Shown: one piece after another, positions 25,782 to 38,500 of the stretch
Layout: the number at the start of each line of letters is the position of its first letter
Numbering within the stretch: position 1 is the first letter of the stretch
Assembly: GCA_964188305.1 (NCBI GenBank)
Contig: OZ076886.1
Direction: 5' to 3' (one strand)
DNA: 64,000 nt
Origin: Podarcis bocagei
Lineage: Eukaryota
Made by a program: the position numbers and the translations under genes
The notes under the pieces: generated by a model
What the model was told of the DNA's origin: nothing
The model's database searches: none
Seen by the model: the letters and a program-made list of their open reading frames with translations, nothing else

Positions 25782-26502
25782 TGTCAGGGCTGAGTCAGAG
25801 CTCCAGTGCCCCCAGACATGGAAGAGAGCATTTGGCAAGAGCCAGAAGCAGCAGAGGAAAGTGTGGGTACAGAGGAGGAGGAAGCAGTGGCGGAGCTTTA
25901 TGCTCTGACACCAGGGGGCGGAGAGCAGGCAGGGGCGGGGCAGGGTGTGCGTCCTGGGGCATGGTGAGCCACCCGTAGGGGCGTGGTACGTGTCCTGGGG
26001 GCATGGCACACCACCTGCGGGGGCGTGGTGCCCAGCACAGGTGGAGGGAGGGGCAGCCGCGATGGCACCCCACCGGGATCGTGCTGTGGGGGTGGTGTGC
26101 TTCCCCTGCACTCCTCTTCTTCCGCCAGTGGGGGGAAGCAGGACCCAGCAGAGAAGGGTTGGAGTTGGTGCAGGCAGAGAAGCAGGATGGCGTGGCAGAT
26201 GAGCAAGCAGTCTCGCAGGCACTGTGAGGGTTAAGCTTTGAGTTGGAGGGAGGAGGGAGTTTTATGTTTGCTGGAGCCAGGCAGGAGGAAAAGAGGCAGA
26301 GTCAAAGAAGAGTTGTAAAGTTCCCACAGTTTAGATGCTGGAAACAGAATCATAAATCATTGGGGGGTATCTGATCTCTCAGACTCAGACTGATGGTGAT
26401 GAGCTTGTAATGACTTTTGTAAATACTTGTGTATAAAGACCATAAAACCTCACCTCGTGGAAGTGGTGATTGTGGTGAAGAGAGGAAAGTACCACCCTGA
26501 CA
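25782..26502 (+). mobile_element. Solo LTR with 5-bp TSD
   Basis: Termini TGTCAGGG...CCCTGACA (8-bp inverted repeat, TG...CA). TSD GCTAC at 25777-25781 and 26503-26507. Strand tentative. Confidence 0.88.
25885..26130. mobile_element. GC-rich hAT MITE nested in the solo LTR
   Basis: TIRs CAGTGGCGGA / TCCGCCAGTG. 8-bp TSD GGAGGAAG (25877-25884) vs GGGGGAAG (26131-26138). Internal ~42-bp tandem duplication (GTCCTGGGG(G)CATGG...GGGGCGTGGT). Confidence 0.8.
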
Positions 26503-27966
26503 GCTACACACTGATGATCATACACTTTCTTCATTACAACTTTAATGAACAAAATTAATTTGCTATGTTTTTCTTACAAGAAAAGGTATTGCACATGAGT
26601 GAATCAAAACTAGGTTCGTCTTCAAACCTAAGCAAGTCATTGCCTTCACCAACGTTTTGCTACAATTCCTAGCTTTCAGCAAGCTGGTTTCTTCATTGTT
26701 TGAAATAATTTCACCCTCATTGCTTCTCTCCCATTAAATAATCCTTTAATCCTGCTTAGTACTAACAGATCTTGTCTTATTTAATGCCTTCTACTAATTG
26801 ATGCACACACAATGGCACGGTACAGTATATGAGGTCAGATTGATCAGTTTATCAAATGACAGAGTCATTACCAAATCATTAGTTCTGGTTGCTTCCGTGA
26901 TTAGAAAAAGAATTCTTCTACCTAGGGCCAACCATGTTCTTTCATAATAAGGGATTTGGAAGATATTTATACAAGCAGAAAATTGAATCAGCATCACCAT
27001 CAGTGCATTAAATTATAGCATTTTTTGAAGTGAATATTGCCTTTAAAACATGACAGTGAATGTGGATAGAAAATAATGATCTACACTGAGCATCCTTAAA
27101 TTGTACTTCTTATTATTTTGAGACCATTAGTCATGACCACAAATGACTGCCCTTTAACTTAAACCGTGAACATATGTTGATAAAACGTATGACCTGGTAC
27201 AGCTAAATGCATACCATTGCCACTAAGCTTGCATATGACCTCCATGTCTAGATAGCAAGCTGGTGTGCTATCTGAGCCAAACCTTAGCTCTCAAAATTGT
27301 TTTGAATGCCATGTCTTACATCTTGAACGTACAGCACAATATTAACCTTTGAGGGATGGCAGAGTGTGTGTACTGTCTTTGCTGAGCAAGGAGGAGACTA
27401 GGAAACTATGGTATGAAGATTTAGTGCTCCAGTGACCTCTTTGTTCAACCCGCATCCTTTTTTGTAAGGTTAACCTGCTCACTATATGCCCTGGGAGCTA
27501 TATGGGGGAAAGTATCACTGTAAGGACACCAGCTATTCCACTGTTTTGGCGACCCATGACTCTCAAGCATAAGCTGCTTTGCCACTACAATAGCCAATGG
27601 GATTGGGCAACTAGAGAAAAAGAATGTGAATTAACCAATTTTTCTTAAGCAGATCACTAGATGTTTCGTAATTCAAACAAATGAAAACTGACAAAATGGG
27701 ATTGTGTGTATCTGATCTGAGAAACTGACACACAAGAAAGCCTGAATGTAACTAATACAGATGCATCATGTACTTTAGCATATATTTCAATGGTGGGAAA
27801 CCTCAGGGCCAGGGACCAAATGCAGACCTTCAGCTCTGGCCCTCAGAATTCTCTCCAGGCCATACCCCACACTGACACAGACTGGTTTTGCCTGGATGGA
27901 ATATATAATCGAACTCTCAGAATGCCTCTTGCTTCTCTGGGTGAAGGACAAAGGGGGGTATGTATT

Positions 27967-28248
27967 GAGAGCCAGTGTGGTGTAGTGGTTAAGAGCGGTA
28001 GTCACGTAATCTGGGGAACCGGGTTCGCGTCTCCGCTCCTCCACATGCAGCTGCTGGGTGACCTTGGGCCAGTCACACTTCTTTGAAGTCTCTCAGCCCC
28101 ACTCACCTCACAGAGTGTTTGTTGTGGGGGAGGAAGGGAAAGGAGATTGTTAGCCGCTTTGAGACTCCTGAAGGGGAGTGAAAGGCGGGATATCAAATCC
28201 AAACTCCTCCTCCTCCTCCTCCTCCTCCTCCTCCTCCTCTTCTTCTTC
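27967..28248 (+). mobile_element. tRNA-derived SINE, Squam3-like
   Basis: Head GAGAGCCAGTGTGGTGTAGTGGTT (A box) and GGTTCGCGTCTCC (B box). Core GGGTGACCTTGGGCCAGTCAC, L2-like 3' part and (TCC)n/(TTC)n tail. Confidence 0.9.
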
Positions 28249-29489
28249 TAGAAGCCAACCGACTGCAGAAAACTAAAATTTACATTAACTGTTCTGCCCG
28301 CTTTTGCCTTTGGCCCTCACCCACCACAGGCAGATGACCTTGGAAGATTGCTGAGAAGGGACTGTGACCTTTGGGCTGAAAAAGATTCACCAGTCACAAT
28401 GTATTTGACCCAGAGATTACAGATGGCTGTTTGGATCCATGAGGAATCCCCATCCACCCATGAATGAATTATTATTATTACTTCATCCATAGATCTCAAG
28501 GTGGTTTACAGCATAAAAATACAAGATCAAAATAAATAATAAAAACAAAAACAAAACAAACCATTTGTGAACTAAAATAAACTGCCCAAAGAATTATATT
28601 AGGCTTTGAAGCAATCACTTCATTGTATAGGCACCCAGAGCACTTCAGGCTGTTCAAAACTAAAGATGCTCAGCTGAACATGTATGACACTTTTCTGTCC
28701 CAGGATCCCTGACAGGTAAATGACAGTGGAATGTTATAACCCTGTGTGGACCAAGCGGGTCCTCAGTGGTGATTCATAGTACTAGGGAATGAATTTAGCC
28801 CAGCTAGCAGTAGACCATGAATCAGACCCAATCTTCTTATGAACATTAAAAGCATGGCCTATTAGAGCACCTCTCTTTGAAATCTTGTGACATCCCTATT
28901 CAAAGCCATCATACAATTTCCTCACTTTGGAAAACGAAACAAAACAAACCTAAAGTCGAGTAAAGCTTATTACTAATATTTTTTTATGCCAGGTAAAGAA
29001 TATGCCTTTAGACAATTCAGTGTCTTACAATGAAACAATGATTGAATATTTTAATACTGAATTTGAAACTTCTTTAAAAAATAAGAGCAAGTCCACTAAA
29101 GGAACATGTTGCAAAATTAATCTCACATTTCTTTCCTGAATCACACTAAAGTATTTTTGATGTGGGCGTTTTTAGCAAGCAGGAATGGGCTATACCATAA
29201 AAGTACATTACCTATTTAGAGATGTGAATCTCTTTTGGGATTGAGGGTGTATAGGAGTTGTGAGGGAGGACAAGAAACCTCAGTAAAAATATCATACAAA
29301 TCTGACCTAAAGCAACTTCAGATATTACAAGACTTCAGGGTACACACATGCGACATGAATGGATGAACACTTTGGGGCTTTTAGAATACCCTGCACAACT
29401 GTAGACCACCACACCGAATATATTCTAAAAACCATGACTCTCCATTGCGGAGGAGAGTATTACTGCATTCATTTCCTGCTTCCAAGCTT

Positions 29490-29562
29490 CCTATTGGCCT
29501 ATGAGAGAACTGGATGCTGGACTAGATGGGCCACTGGTCTGAACTGACAGGATTCTTGTGTT
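29490..29562 (+). mobile_element. Old CR1 3' tail fragment
   Basis: GCTGGACTAGATGGGCCACTGGTCTGA...TTCTTGTGTT resembles CR1 3' termini. Confidence 0.55.
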
Positions 29563-31049
29563 TTTAGTCATAGTTCACCAGTATGCTTTTCCTTGCCTTC
29601 TGAGAAAAACAATGGTTTTGGAACACCTGGCGGACCAGAACACAAGCATTTGCCCTGGCAGTTCAGAAGTTGGGTTGCCTGCAGAACAATATAGAAAGAT
29701 GGAATTCATTAAGGCTGGCACCAAACTGTTGATAGTTTCATTTTTTAAGGTCTAAAAATACAGCACAACGTTGTTTCTGGCAAAGCTTCTCAAATATTAT
29801 GTCTTGCTAGCCCTTTCACTGATAAAGCACATAGTATGAAACACGATTCACACGCCCCAATTTGTGTACTGTAAATTTAGGTCAATGGAACCATATAAGA
29901 TTTGTAATCTGACACACTACTCACTATGCCAATTCTAGAGATGGATGCAAGCTGGTCTTCTAGTGAATTTTCTCTGGGATGTTTCACAACTCTCTACTTT
30001 GTGCATGTTCTGAAGCAATTATACACCTGCCATATGCCCAGCCACTCAGACCTCAATGCTCTGACTGATATAAGGATGTTTGTAAAAGTGACTTAAAAGA
30101 ATTTGACACCAATGAGTGGAAAAGTCTGGCGAGTAACAGAAACATCTGGCATTACAGGCACTGGGCTGGCACTCAAAATTATGATGAGAAATTACCCCTA
30201 CAATTTTAGCACAGAAGTGAGCACAAGAAAGCAAAGCATTGTTCATGGTTTTTCCAATGAAATACACAGATGGAAAAACTGTGGCAGGGCTTGCCAATCT
30301 TGGAATAGATTCTTCAGCTATCTATCATCAAAGAAGATGGACAGCTATGGGCAATGCCCCTTCTATATTATGCACCAGGGTCTTCCAACTGTCATCACAG
30401 GCCAGCATTCTTAAGAGTCACCAACTGCATATCAGATCCTGAGGCGATTGTGCATTGCTTTTGATATGTACTAGACAATGGAAATGCACTGGTTTGAAAC
30501 AAACATTTTCGGCAGTGTCTCTTTTGAAGTTGTATTGAGCCACAGTCTTATAAGACATAAAATCCATATACTACTGAGAACTGCCAACTTTCCCTTAGCT
30601 CTAAATACAGCTTAAATATATAATATGACACAGATTTCACTGTCAGCCACATTACTTTATAACTTGAAGATAGGGTTACATGAGAAGAAGGCAGTTCCAT
30701 GCAACAAATTCTTCTGCTGGCCACCCATCCTGTGAACAGAATGAAGTCCACTGTGTATTTGTTTTTTGAAAATAAAAATATTTGCAACTATGGCAAGATA
30801 AACACATCATGAATCTCCACTTTGAGCTAATTGTATACCCCACTGAGCGCAATACTTAATGTGCCTTACTGCATTTTCTTAAGTAATAATATGATCAAAA
30901 GTTCATTTATAATGCACTACACAATCTATCCATGCTACACATTTGTGGCAACACTCTTAATTTATCAAGCATGTTCTACAAAAATTGTGTATTGTCTGCA
31001 GCTTTAAGAAGCAAAGCGACAGAAGATTTATGTTGGTATTTTGTCCAGT

Positions 31050-31345
31050 TATGGTGGGTGGGAGTGGTGGTTTCCCAGTCCAGGTACCTCTATCCAACAC
31101 GGTGATTCTGCTTCTTCTGGGAACCCACAGTGTTACTTGCTGGCATCAAACCCAACTTCTGTACGAGAGGAGAGTAGGGAAATGGGCAGATGTGCACCTA
31201 GTTTGGACGGGCAGTCTCCATTGTTTTGTGGGCAAGACGGATATCACCATTAATGCTGCTGGAGCTGCCAATTCTTTCCCTCCTCTGTGTTCCAGACACC
31301 AACTGCACTGATCATATTAGAGGACTTCAATGGACACATCTATAT
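31050..31345 (+). mobile_element. Highly decayed LINE endonuclease (APE) fragment
   Basis: 31302-31340 translates TALIILEDFNGHI, similar to the APE LIILGDFN.H motif. Boundaries uncertain. Confidence 0.4.
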
Positions 31346-32808
31346 GAATGTGAAAGCAGGGAAACACTTTATTTGCACATGCAATGTGGTCCATGCAAAT
31401 GAAAATATAAGAGGAAAATTATCTGCACATTTAAAGTCCAATTTTTACGAGGCTCTATTAGATTGTGCCTTTGAAGTATTGGCCAGTATTTCACAGGTTT
31501 CAGTACTGAAAATGCCAATGTATTAAACTCATGTAAAATTCACAACGGGAAATAGAACATTTGACCTCTGTTTCATGCGCTCAGTCTCTAAAAGCTTCTT
31601 GATGCAGTGATTTGCAGTTATCGTCATTACTGCTTGCATTAAAACAAATTGCACTGTGTTAAAATAGCACCTGGACGTCTAATAGTTGAAAGGGTTATCC
31701 GAGCTTTTTATTGTAATCTTGGTTTGCCTTTCTTTTCCTTGGACACTTCAAATTATTACAACATGAAAGTTGTAGAAGTTGTCACCAAAAATACTTTAAA
31801 AAATGCTATTTTCTCATTGTTAGTTCAAGGGAAAAAAATGCAAATTTATTTAAGTGGTAATGGTGTATTTTGCAATGAAAGGCGTACTAAATGACTAAGG
31901 TAATCTATCAAGATCAGGCTGGATTTTTGCCAGGTTATGATATTAAACGAAATGTTGGCTCCCTCACCATCCAAATCATTTCACCTCTTCATTTATTGTT
32001 CTAATAAAAAATGTAGACAGTAAATAAATAAAAAATCTAAATAAATCTTTATAGCACATCGTACTGTGTGACACAAAGACAATTTAGGTATTTAAAATTA
32101 CCATTGTGTTTCTAATCAGGCTTTTCATCTATTTTCAGAATCTATAATCTAAAAATATGCACAGCATTAAAATAATGTCCCTCCACTTAACAGGAGTATT
32201 TTACTTCACAGTGTTTTATTTCTGAGTGCAAGCCTAAGTATTACCCTCTGTTTTAATTATGAGCAAATTGAGACACAGACACTCTGGGTTAAGTAAGGTC
32301 ACACACAGAAAATTGAATGTAAAAATCAAAGCAGAAAGTTAACACAAATTATACAGATCTTGTGTCTCATCTGAATATATAAATCTTGAGACAGCCAAAA
32401 TTAAGCATTTTTAATTTCAATTAATTTCAATGACAAGGTTAAGCATAAGCTGTTTATAAACTTTGGTTGGATGATGCCAATAATACTTTGCAATATTATT
32501 ACACTCCTCAAAATACCGGTGTCTGACAGTTTCAATACTGGTGCTTAATGTTTCCTAATTGCAACTTTAATTCAATTTTCACTAGTATACAATACATATT
32601 TACATTGCGATCCTATACCTCTGGGGTGGGGAGCCCCACTGCACAAGCAGAAGTCATTGTGTGGACTTCTGCTGCTGAAATTCATCATTTGAACCTGACC
32701 CTATAGATCCTGATTTCCCCCCAACTTTTTATCCCACCACCATATGAAATTAAACTCATGGCTTCCTGCTATCACAGGATTTGATGGGGTGGAAATCTCC
32801 CTCTACCC

Positions 32809-33339
32809 CAGGGGTCAGCAAACTAAGGTCTGTGGGCCGGATCAGGCCAAAATGCTTTCAGGACCCGGTCCACAGACTGTCTGCGGATTGGCGTGGGGAT
32901 TCTGTTCATTCAGGCTGCACCATTTTTTCCCCTTGCGCCATTCCATTCCTCCCCCCACACCATGGCGGCACCTCCTCCCTCCTTCCTTCTTCCCACCCTG
33001 CCTAGAGGAGGAAGGGGGCTGGGCTAACCTGACTGAGTGCCATTTTAAGCAGCCCTTTCGCACCGCTAATCTTCCCTCCGCAACTGCCGTCCTGGTGCTC
33101 CTGTGGCCCAGAGAGCGGAGCGGCCGAGCTCGCTCTGCCTACCCACGAGAAGCAGCGGTGGTGGTAGTGGTGGAAGCCCCAGGGAAGGTAAGCACAGTGG
33201 CTGGGGCTGGGGGGTGGGGAGAGGACTACTTGCCCCCGTCGCCTCTTCTTCCAGCTACCCCCCCCACTGGTGCCGCTTCTCCGGCCCACCACAAGGGACA
33301 GTCGACCGGCCTGAGGCTAAAAAAAATTGTCGACCCCTG
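32809..33339. mobile_element. hAT (Charlie-like) non-autonomous element
   Basis: Ends CAGGGGTCAGCAA / TTGTCGACCCCTG. Perfect 8-bp TSD CTCTACCC (32801-32808, 33340-33347). GC/CpG-rich body. Confidence 0.92.
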
Positions 33340-35156
33340 CTCTACCCAGCCCCAAACAGCTCTGTCGTCTTCTGTTCCCCAGTGTGCAACCTGTAGGAAT
33401 TCCCCCAAACAGAGCATGTTGGAAGGCAACATAGGATCCCTAGAGCTGGATCCTCTGCCATCCCATGCCATCATTGGGCTCAGCTGCTATGTCCGCTCCT
33501 GGTTTGCCTGCCTTGTCTTCTACCCCAGCCCCAGTGTAAGCGGCAGAGTGGTGGATGCAGCAGAGGCTGTGCTGCTTGGTCACACCCTGCTGCTGCCTGG
33601 CTGAGGTTAGGATTGCTCTGTTAATGTCAAACTGAATTACAAATCTGATGGCAAGTCAAACACAGAGACATTCTGATATGGCGTACTGAAGAATTAAATA
33701 ATACAGAAAGACATCCTTATAGATTTTGCTCATATGTGGTTTGTCAGAGCCTACAGCTATTCCAACTATATTTTTTAATGCTAAGTACTTCATTTCATTC
33801 ATAGTTTCAGTTATTGTTCTCTGCATATTCAAGCACTATTAAAATAAAGCTGATTTATTGGGCAATCACTCTTATTAATAAACATCAAAACCCAGAGTAT
33901 TGGGGGGAGGGGGATGGTATAAGTGGCCAAACAGAAAATCTGCCAAGTGAAACAGAAATAACAGAAAGATTTTAGGAAACTGCACATTTATGGGGAGCAA
34001 AATAGATACAGAAATAAACAATTCCAGAAAATGGATTTATGAGTGGCTTCTCAAAAAGCACATCTTGGCTAGGGCTAAACTAAAATTGAAGCCTTCAAAA
34101 ATAATTGCAGGTTCCATGATTTTACCCTGCATCACAATTCTCTCATTATCTCCTTCTGGAAGGATATTCATTAACTCCAGTCATCATCTTTCTCTTTCTC
34201 TTTCTCTCCCTCCCCCACCCCCCAGAAGTACTGAGAGAAACCATTTTGTGGGTCATAATTCAGCTGTCAGACACTAGGAAGATGTGGGTCCTATTCTTAC
34301 TTCATATGGCAAAGTGGAAGGACTGATCTACATTCAGGTGTTTGTAGATAAAAGCTTTAATGATCGTACACGGATGCCAGGGGCTCCCAGCTGATACAGT
34401 GCTAAATACCTTATCGTGCTTCTTGGAAACATTTCTTCCTTGGACCAGTGGGCATATTGCTGTCTCACATGCACCAGTTTATATAAGGCTGCCCAGAAAC
34501 CAGCTAGCATACCAATGGAAGAAGGGAGCAGAGGATGAATCATATTTTCCAGCTGAAGCATAAAGGAGTTTCTGTGCAGAAGGATGCTTGGATATCTCTG
34601 ATGATTATCCTTCCTTCTTGGAAAAAAGAATCTTGTGAAAATAGAAAGGATGAGCTACTATAGTGTATACCTGTGTCTGAGAACAGCCCCCCCCCTTTTG
34701 GGGAAAAGACAATATCCAGAAGAGAGAATAATCTACTACACTGCATGCTCACTGGCCTTTTAAAAATCTGAACAGTTTTGGCATTCTTGGGCCTTTTAGG
34801 CAGTACCAGCTGTACTGCCTAGCTGTGGGTGTCAAGAGGCACAGAGGGTTAAAGCTCTAGGTGCCGCAAACGGGGCATAAGTGTCTGCCAGCCACTTCTT
34901 CTCTTCCACACATGAGAGAACAAGAAGGCATAATGACCTGAATGCATAGATGGAATTTGCTTCCTGCACAAAACACAGAGCTAAAAGGCAATGAATCATT
35001 TTTGATGACAGGGCGTGGAAAATCGGATAGCAAGAAATAACGAGTTACGAGTTGGCCTGGTAAAAAGAATAGGAGTGGCTGTTCAAAATTAGGGAAGAAT
35101 GAGAAAAGGTTCAAAAGGTGGAACCATGAAAAGGATACAAAGATGTTGGATCTAAT

Positions 35157-35280
35157 CAGGTAGGTAGCCGTGTTGGTCTGACGAAGTCAGGAGAGGGGAC
35201 TAAAAAATTGTCCAGTAGCATCTGAAGGTATCTGAAGAAGTGTGCATGCACATGAAAGCTTATACCAGAACAAACTTAGT
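35157..35280. mobile_element. Penelope-like element terminal fragment with internal inversion
   Basis: Inverted 3' piece CAGGTAGGTAGCCGTGTTGGTC...CCAGTAGCA joined to the forward piece TCTGAAGAAGTGTGCATGCACATGAAAGCTTATACC. Flanked by a 13-bp duplication TGGATCTAATCAG (35147-35159, 35280-35292). Confidence 0.8.
35227..35266 (+). ncRNA. Minimal type-I hammerhead ribozyme motif (Penelope-associated)
   Basis: Stem I GGUAU/AUACC; core CUGAAGA (35232-35238); stem II GUGUGCAUGCACAU; GAAA (35254-35257); loopless palindromic stem III AGCU; cleavage triplet CUU. Confidence 0.7.
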
Positions 35281-35384
35281 GGATCTAATCAGAATACCAT
35301 AAACACAATGGATGAGGATTTTCATCAGTTGGAATATTGGTATTGGGAACTGGTTGGTCTTCCTTAAGGGTACAGGCTCTAGAG

Positions 35385-35523
35385 CAGGAGTAGCAGAAAC
35401 AATGCGCTCATATGCTGTAGTTAGTCGGTAAGTCTCATCAGCCCCCATAGCATGACCAATGGCCAGGGATGGTGAGAGTTGTAGTCCAACAGCATCTGGA
35501 GGGTGCTACATTGGCTATCCATG
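35385..35523. mobile_element. Older hAT MITE related to the 16691 family
   Basis: Perfect 8-bp TSD CTCTAGAG (35377-35384, 35524-35531). Body carries GAGTTGTAGTCCAACAGCATCTGGAGGG. More decayed relatives near 4050-4155, 9900-10020 and 24470-24600. Confidence 0.8.
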
Positions 35524-38500
35524 CTCTAGAGTTCAACATTCAATCAAACAGAAAGCTGGCAAGCAAAGACTGTGTAAGACAAAACCATAAACCTGGGTTC
35601 AGGTAACACACTAATGGCTATGACTTAGCTCACAGCAGCAGGAGGACCAGAGGAGCAGCAAAGGCATCATAATCTCCTCTCTGGGAGCCTGCATGCACTA
35701 AGACAAGATCTGCCTTAGCTTTACATGTAAACTGAGCCACTGCCATGCCTAGTTTGACCTAAGTTGTTTTTTAAGGGATGGAGCCCTGCAATTAATGTTG
35801 GTGAAGCCTAGTTCAGTAACACTAAGCCAACCCATTGTTAGCCTTGGGTAATGTGGTAGCGGTCAGACTGTGGGGAGGAGTCCTGCAGCTGTGATATCAC
35901 TCTGTAAGCCTCTCATTTGTTCATTCACTCTGAGACAGGGTTTGGCTCAGCATTAGCATTACTTGCAAACTGGGTCACTGAGTGATTTCTGTCAGGACTA
36001 TGGCAAGAAAGGAAAGACTTAAACTTCCCCTTCCTCAGTCCCAATTAGTATCATGTCTAGTCTGGGTCTCAGAGATCTCTTTATGAAAGCAGCCAATTCT
36101 GCTGAACCACTGAGACCCATCGTGACATCAAGCCTTTTCATTTATGCTATCCTTGGTATTTAGTCAATACAGAAATAAGATATTAATGAAGATTCATGCA
36201 CCATGCCATTTTTAAGTTGATATTTTGCTTTAATGTAACTGTGAACTTTGAGAGGTTGGGTTGCTTATTTGGGGTTAATTACAAATGTTTGTATACCCTC
36301 ACTAGAGCAATTTCAGAAACTGCCGTGGAGCGTGTGGGAAATGTAGTTCGAAAGGTCCTGCCAAATAGGTGAATGACACTTGCACCTCCTACATCTATTA
36401 TATCTGGCAGTTCTATAATCTCTTGCACCCAACATTCTGGAGAAATTGGATATAGTCTCATTTACGAGACAGGTTTTCTTCTTTCAGTGTATCCATCTGC
36501 TTGCTTATTAGAAATAATAATGGTCATTCAGTGAGACCAGTATTTTTTAATTCAAAGCATATTTCTGCAGTACAAAAAGCATTCCATTACTTCCAGTGTT
36601 TCTGCCTTTTGGGTAATGATGCTTTTTAAAATGCCATATGGCAAACAAATTATAAACCATTCTAAACTGGTTCACTGATTTTAAGGCTATCAATGTTTAT
36701 TCTTTATTGGTGCACATTACCAGAAAAATTAACAGCATCTGCTTGCATATCTAGGATTCTGCAAATCTGTTAAGAATTTAAATGAACCTCTGCTACAGTG
36801 GCATGTAAGATTTCTTGTGCTGGATATATGTTCTTTTAACTTAACATTTCAACAGTTAACCATTGATAAGAATGAACACATTTCTGATGGCACATCCTTC
36901 CTTCAAACCCTTCATAAAAAATCTCCTTCTTCTTTCAACTAGACTTTTAAATGGAGATCTTTATGCTGATTTGCACCTGTAATTATTTTTATACAGATAT
37001 ATTTAATTGTTTTTAATCAAGGATTGTTTTCATTTTGTTTTATTGTATTGTTCTACCACTGATGTGTTTATTGAGCTCCTTCAGGAGGAAGGGGATGATA
37101 TAAATATTATTCTTAACAACAACTTTGTTGGCACAACTTCTTAGTTCTTATCCTCTAGTGTGGTGAAGCTGAAGTACCTATAACTGAACTAAAACATATC
37201 CTTCCCTTGTTTACCTTCACCTTCAACTCCTCTTCCTTTATCATCTCTACTGCATTGAGAATTGAGGATAGGGCAAAGGTCTGTATTATTATTTATAGAG
37301 CCAAACACTCTATAATCTACATATATTATTGTTATTGCTCATAGTGATTACACTGAAATGTTGCTGTTATGCTGCACCTACTGTTGACTTTTTCTCCTGT
37401 ACTTATGAAGTATGTAGCAAAGGTATACAACCACTTTTCCAGCTCTTTCTTTAAAATCTGACACCATCTTATTAAAAAAGAGAGAAAATAATTGCAGGGA
37501 TCAGGACTCAAATGTAACAAGGTGAACTGTTCAAGTCCATAGAGCATGTTTAATGGGTTTCTTTATGTTTGAGAGCCGGCCCTATAATGTAGTTCAGTGA
37601 GCAGTAGCAGAACAGCTATAGTAAAAATGACAGGAAGGACACTATTTGCAAAAAAGTGCGGGGGGGGGGGGGCTCAGGCTGCACAACTGGGATATATGGC
37701 ACATTTACACAACACCCAAGTTCTGGAATGACTTGAAGGGCAAGCAGTGGTATTTCGACTAAGCTGTATTTGCTGCTCTTCTAGGAACAAGAAATACAGT
37801 AAGACAGTGAAGTCACACCTCCTGCCAATAGGCAATCAGGGGTGCATTTGTGGCCTATGTACATATTTCCTTATTTTAGCAGGCAATAAACCTCCATCAT
37901 CATGGGACATGGGTGGCAGGCAGAGAGGAGTGCAAATACCCTGCACTTCTCTTTTATCATGCAAAGCCAAACTTCTGCATTCTCCCTCCATTCTCAGGGG
38001 CAGGTACAGGCATATTCTCATTTGGAAAAGTTATTTATTTATTTCATTTCTATACCACGGATCACAGAGTGGCTTACAATATAAATCTGAACCTTTTATT
38101 CTGAATGAAGGAGGAAAGATGTGGAAGCATGGCAGTGTGGGTCATCTGCATTTGTTTGTAACTGCTACATTCCATAATATCAGAAGAAACCTCCATTGTG
38201 CGCTTCTCTTTTGGCTCAAATCCACAACTGCTTTGGACAAAGTACAGATTGTTGGTTTCTTTTCCAGTCCCTGGAGCTATCTTTAATTCTGAATGTGTTA
38301 CGTCCAAGAGCAAAAGAGCATAGAGTGTTGCGGCTTCTAAGCTTCCAACCCTTGAGTTTTCTCTATCTCTACTGGGTGCCATTGTTAGTCTACGGGGCTA
38401 AGAGTGGAAGAAAAATCTCCCTTTCATCCTCCTGCCTGTGTACCTGTTCTCTCATTCTCTGTCAAGTCCTCACATATGAAGTGAAAGAATTTCCGCATTC

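Noticed and set aside
25659-26234. Cluster of overlapping ORFs on both strands
   Set aside because: They lie in the nested LTR/MITE and give low-complexity Pro/Gly/Ala-rich translations.
27967-28040. tRNA-like A and B boxes
   Set aside because: This is the head of a SINE, with no cloverleaf or Pol III terminator; not a tRNA gene.
32744-33604. Longest ORF in the window (286 aa)
   Set aside because: It spans a GC-rich hAT insertion with clear TIRs and TSD. The stop-free stretch follows from base composition and has no protein motifs.
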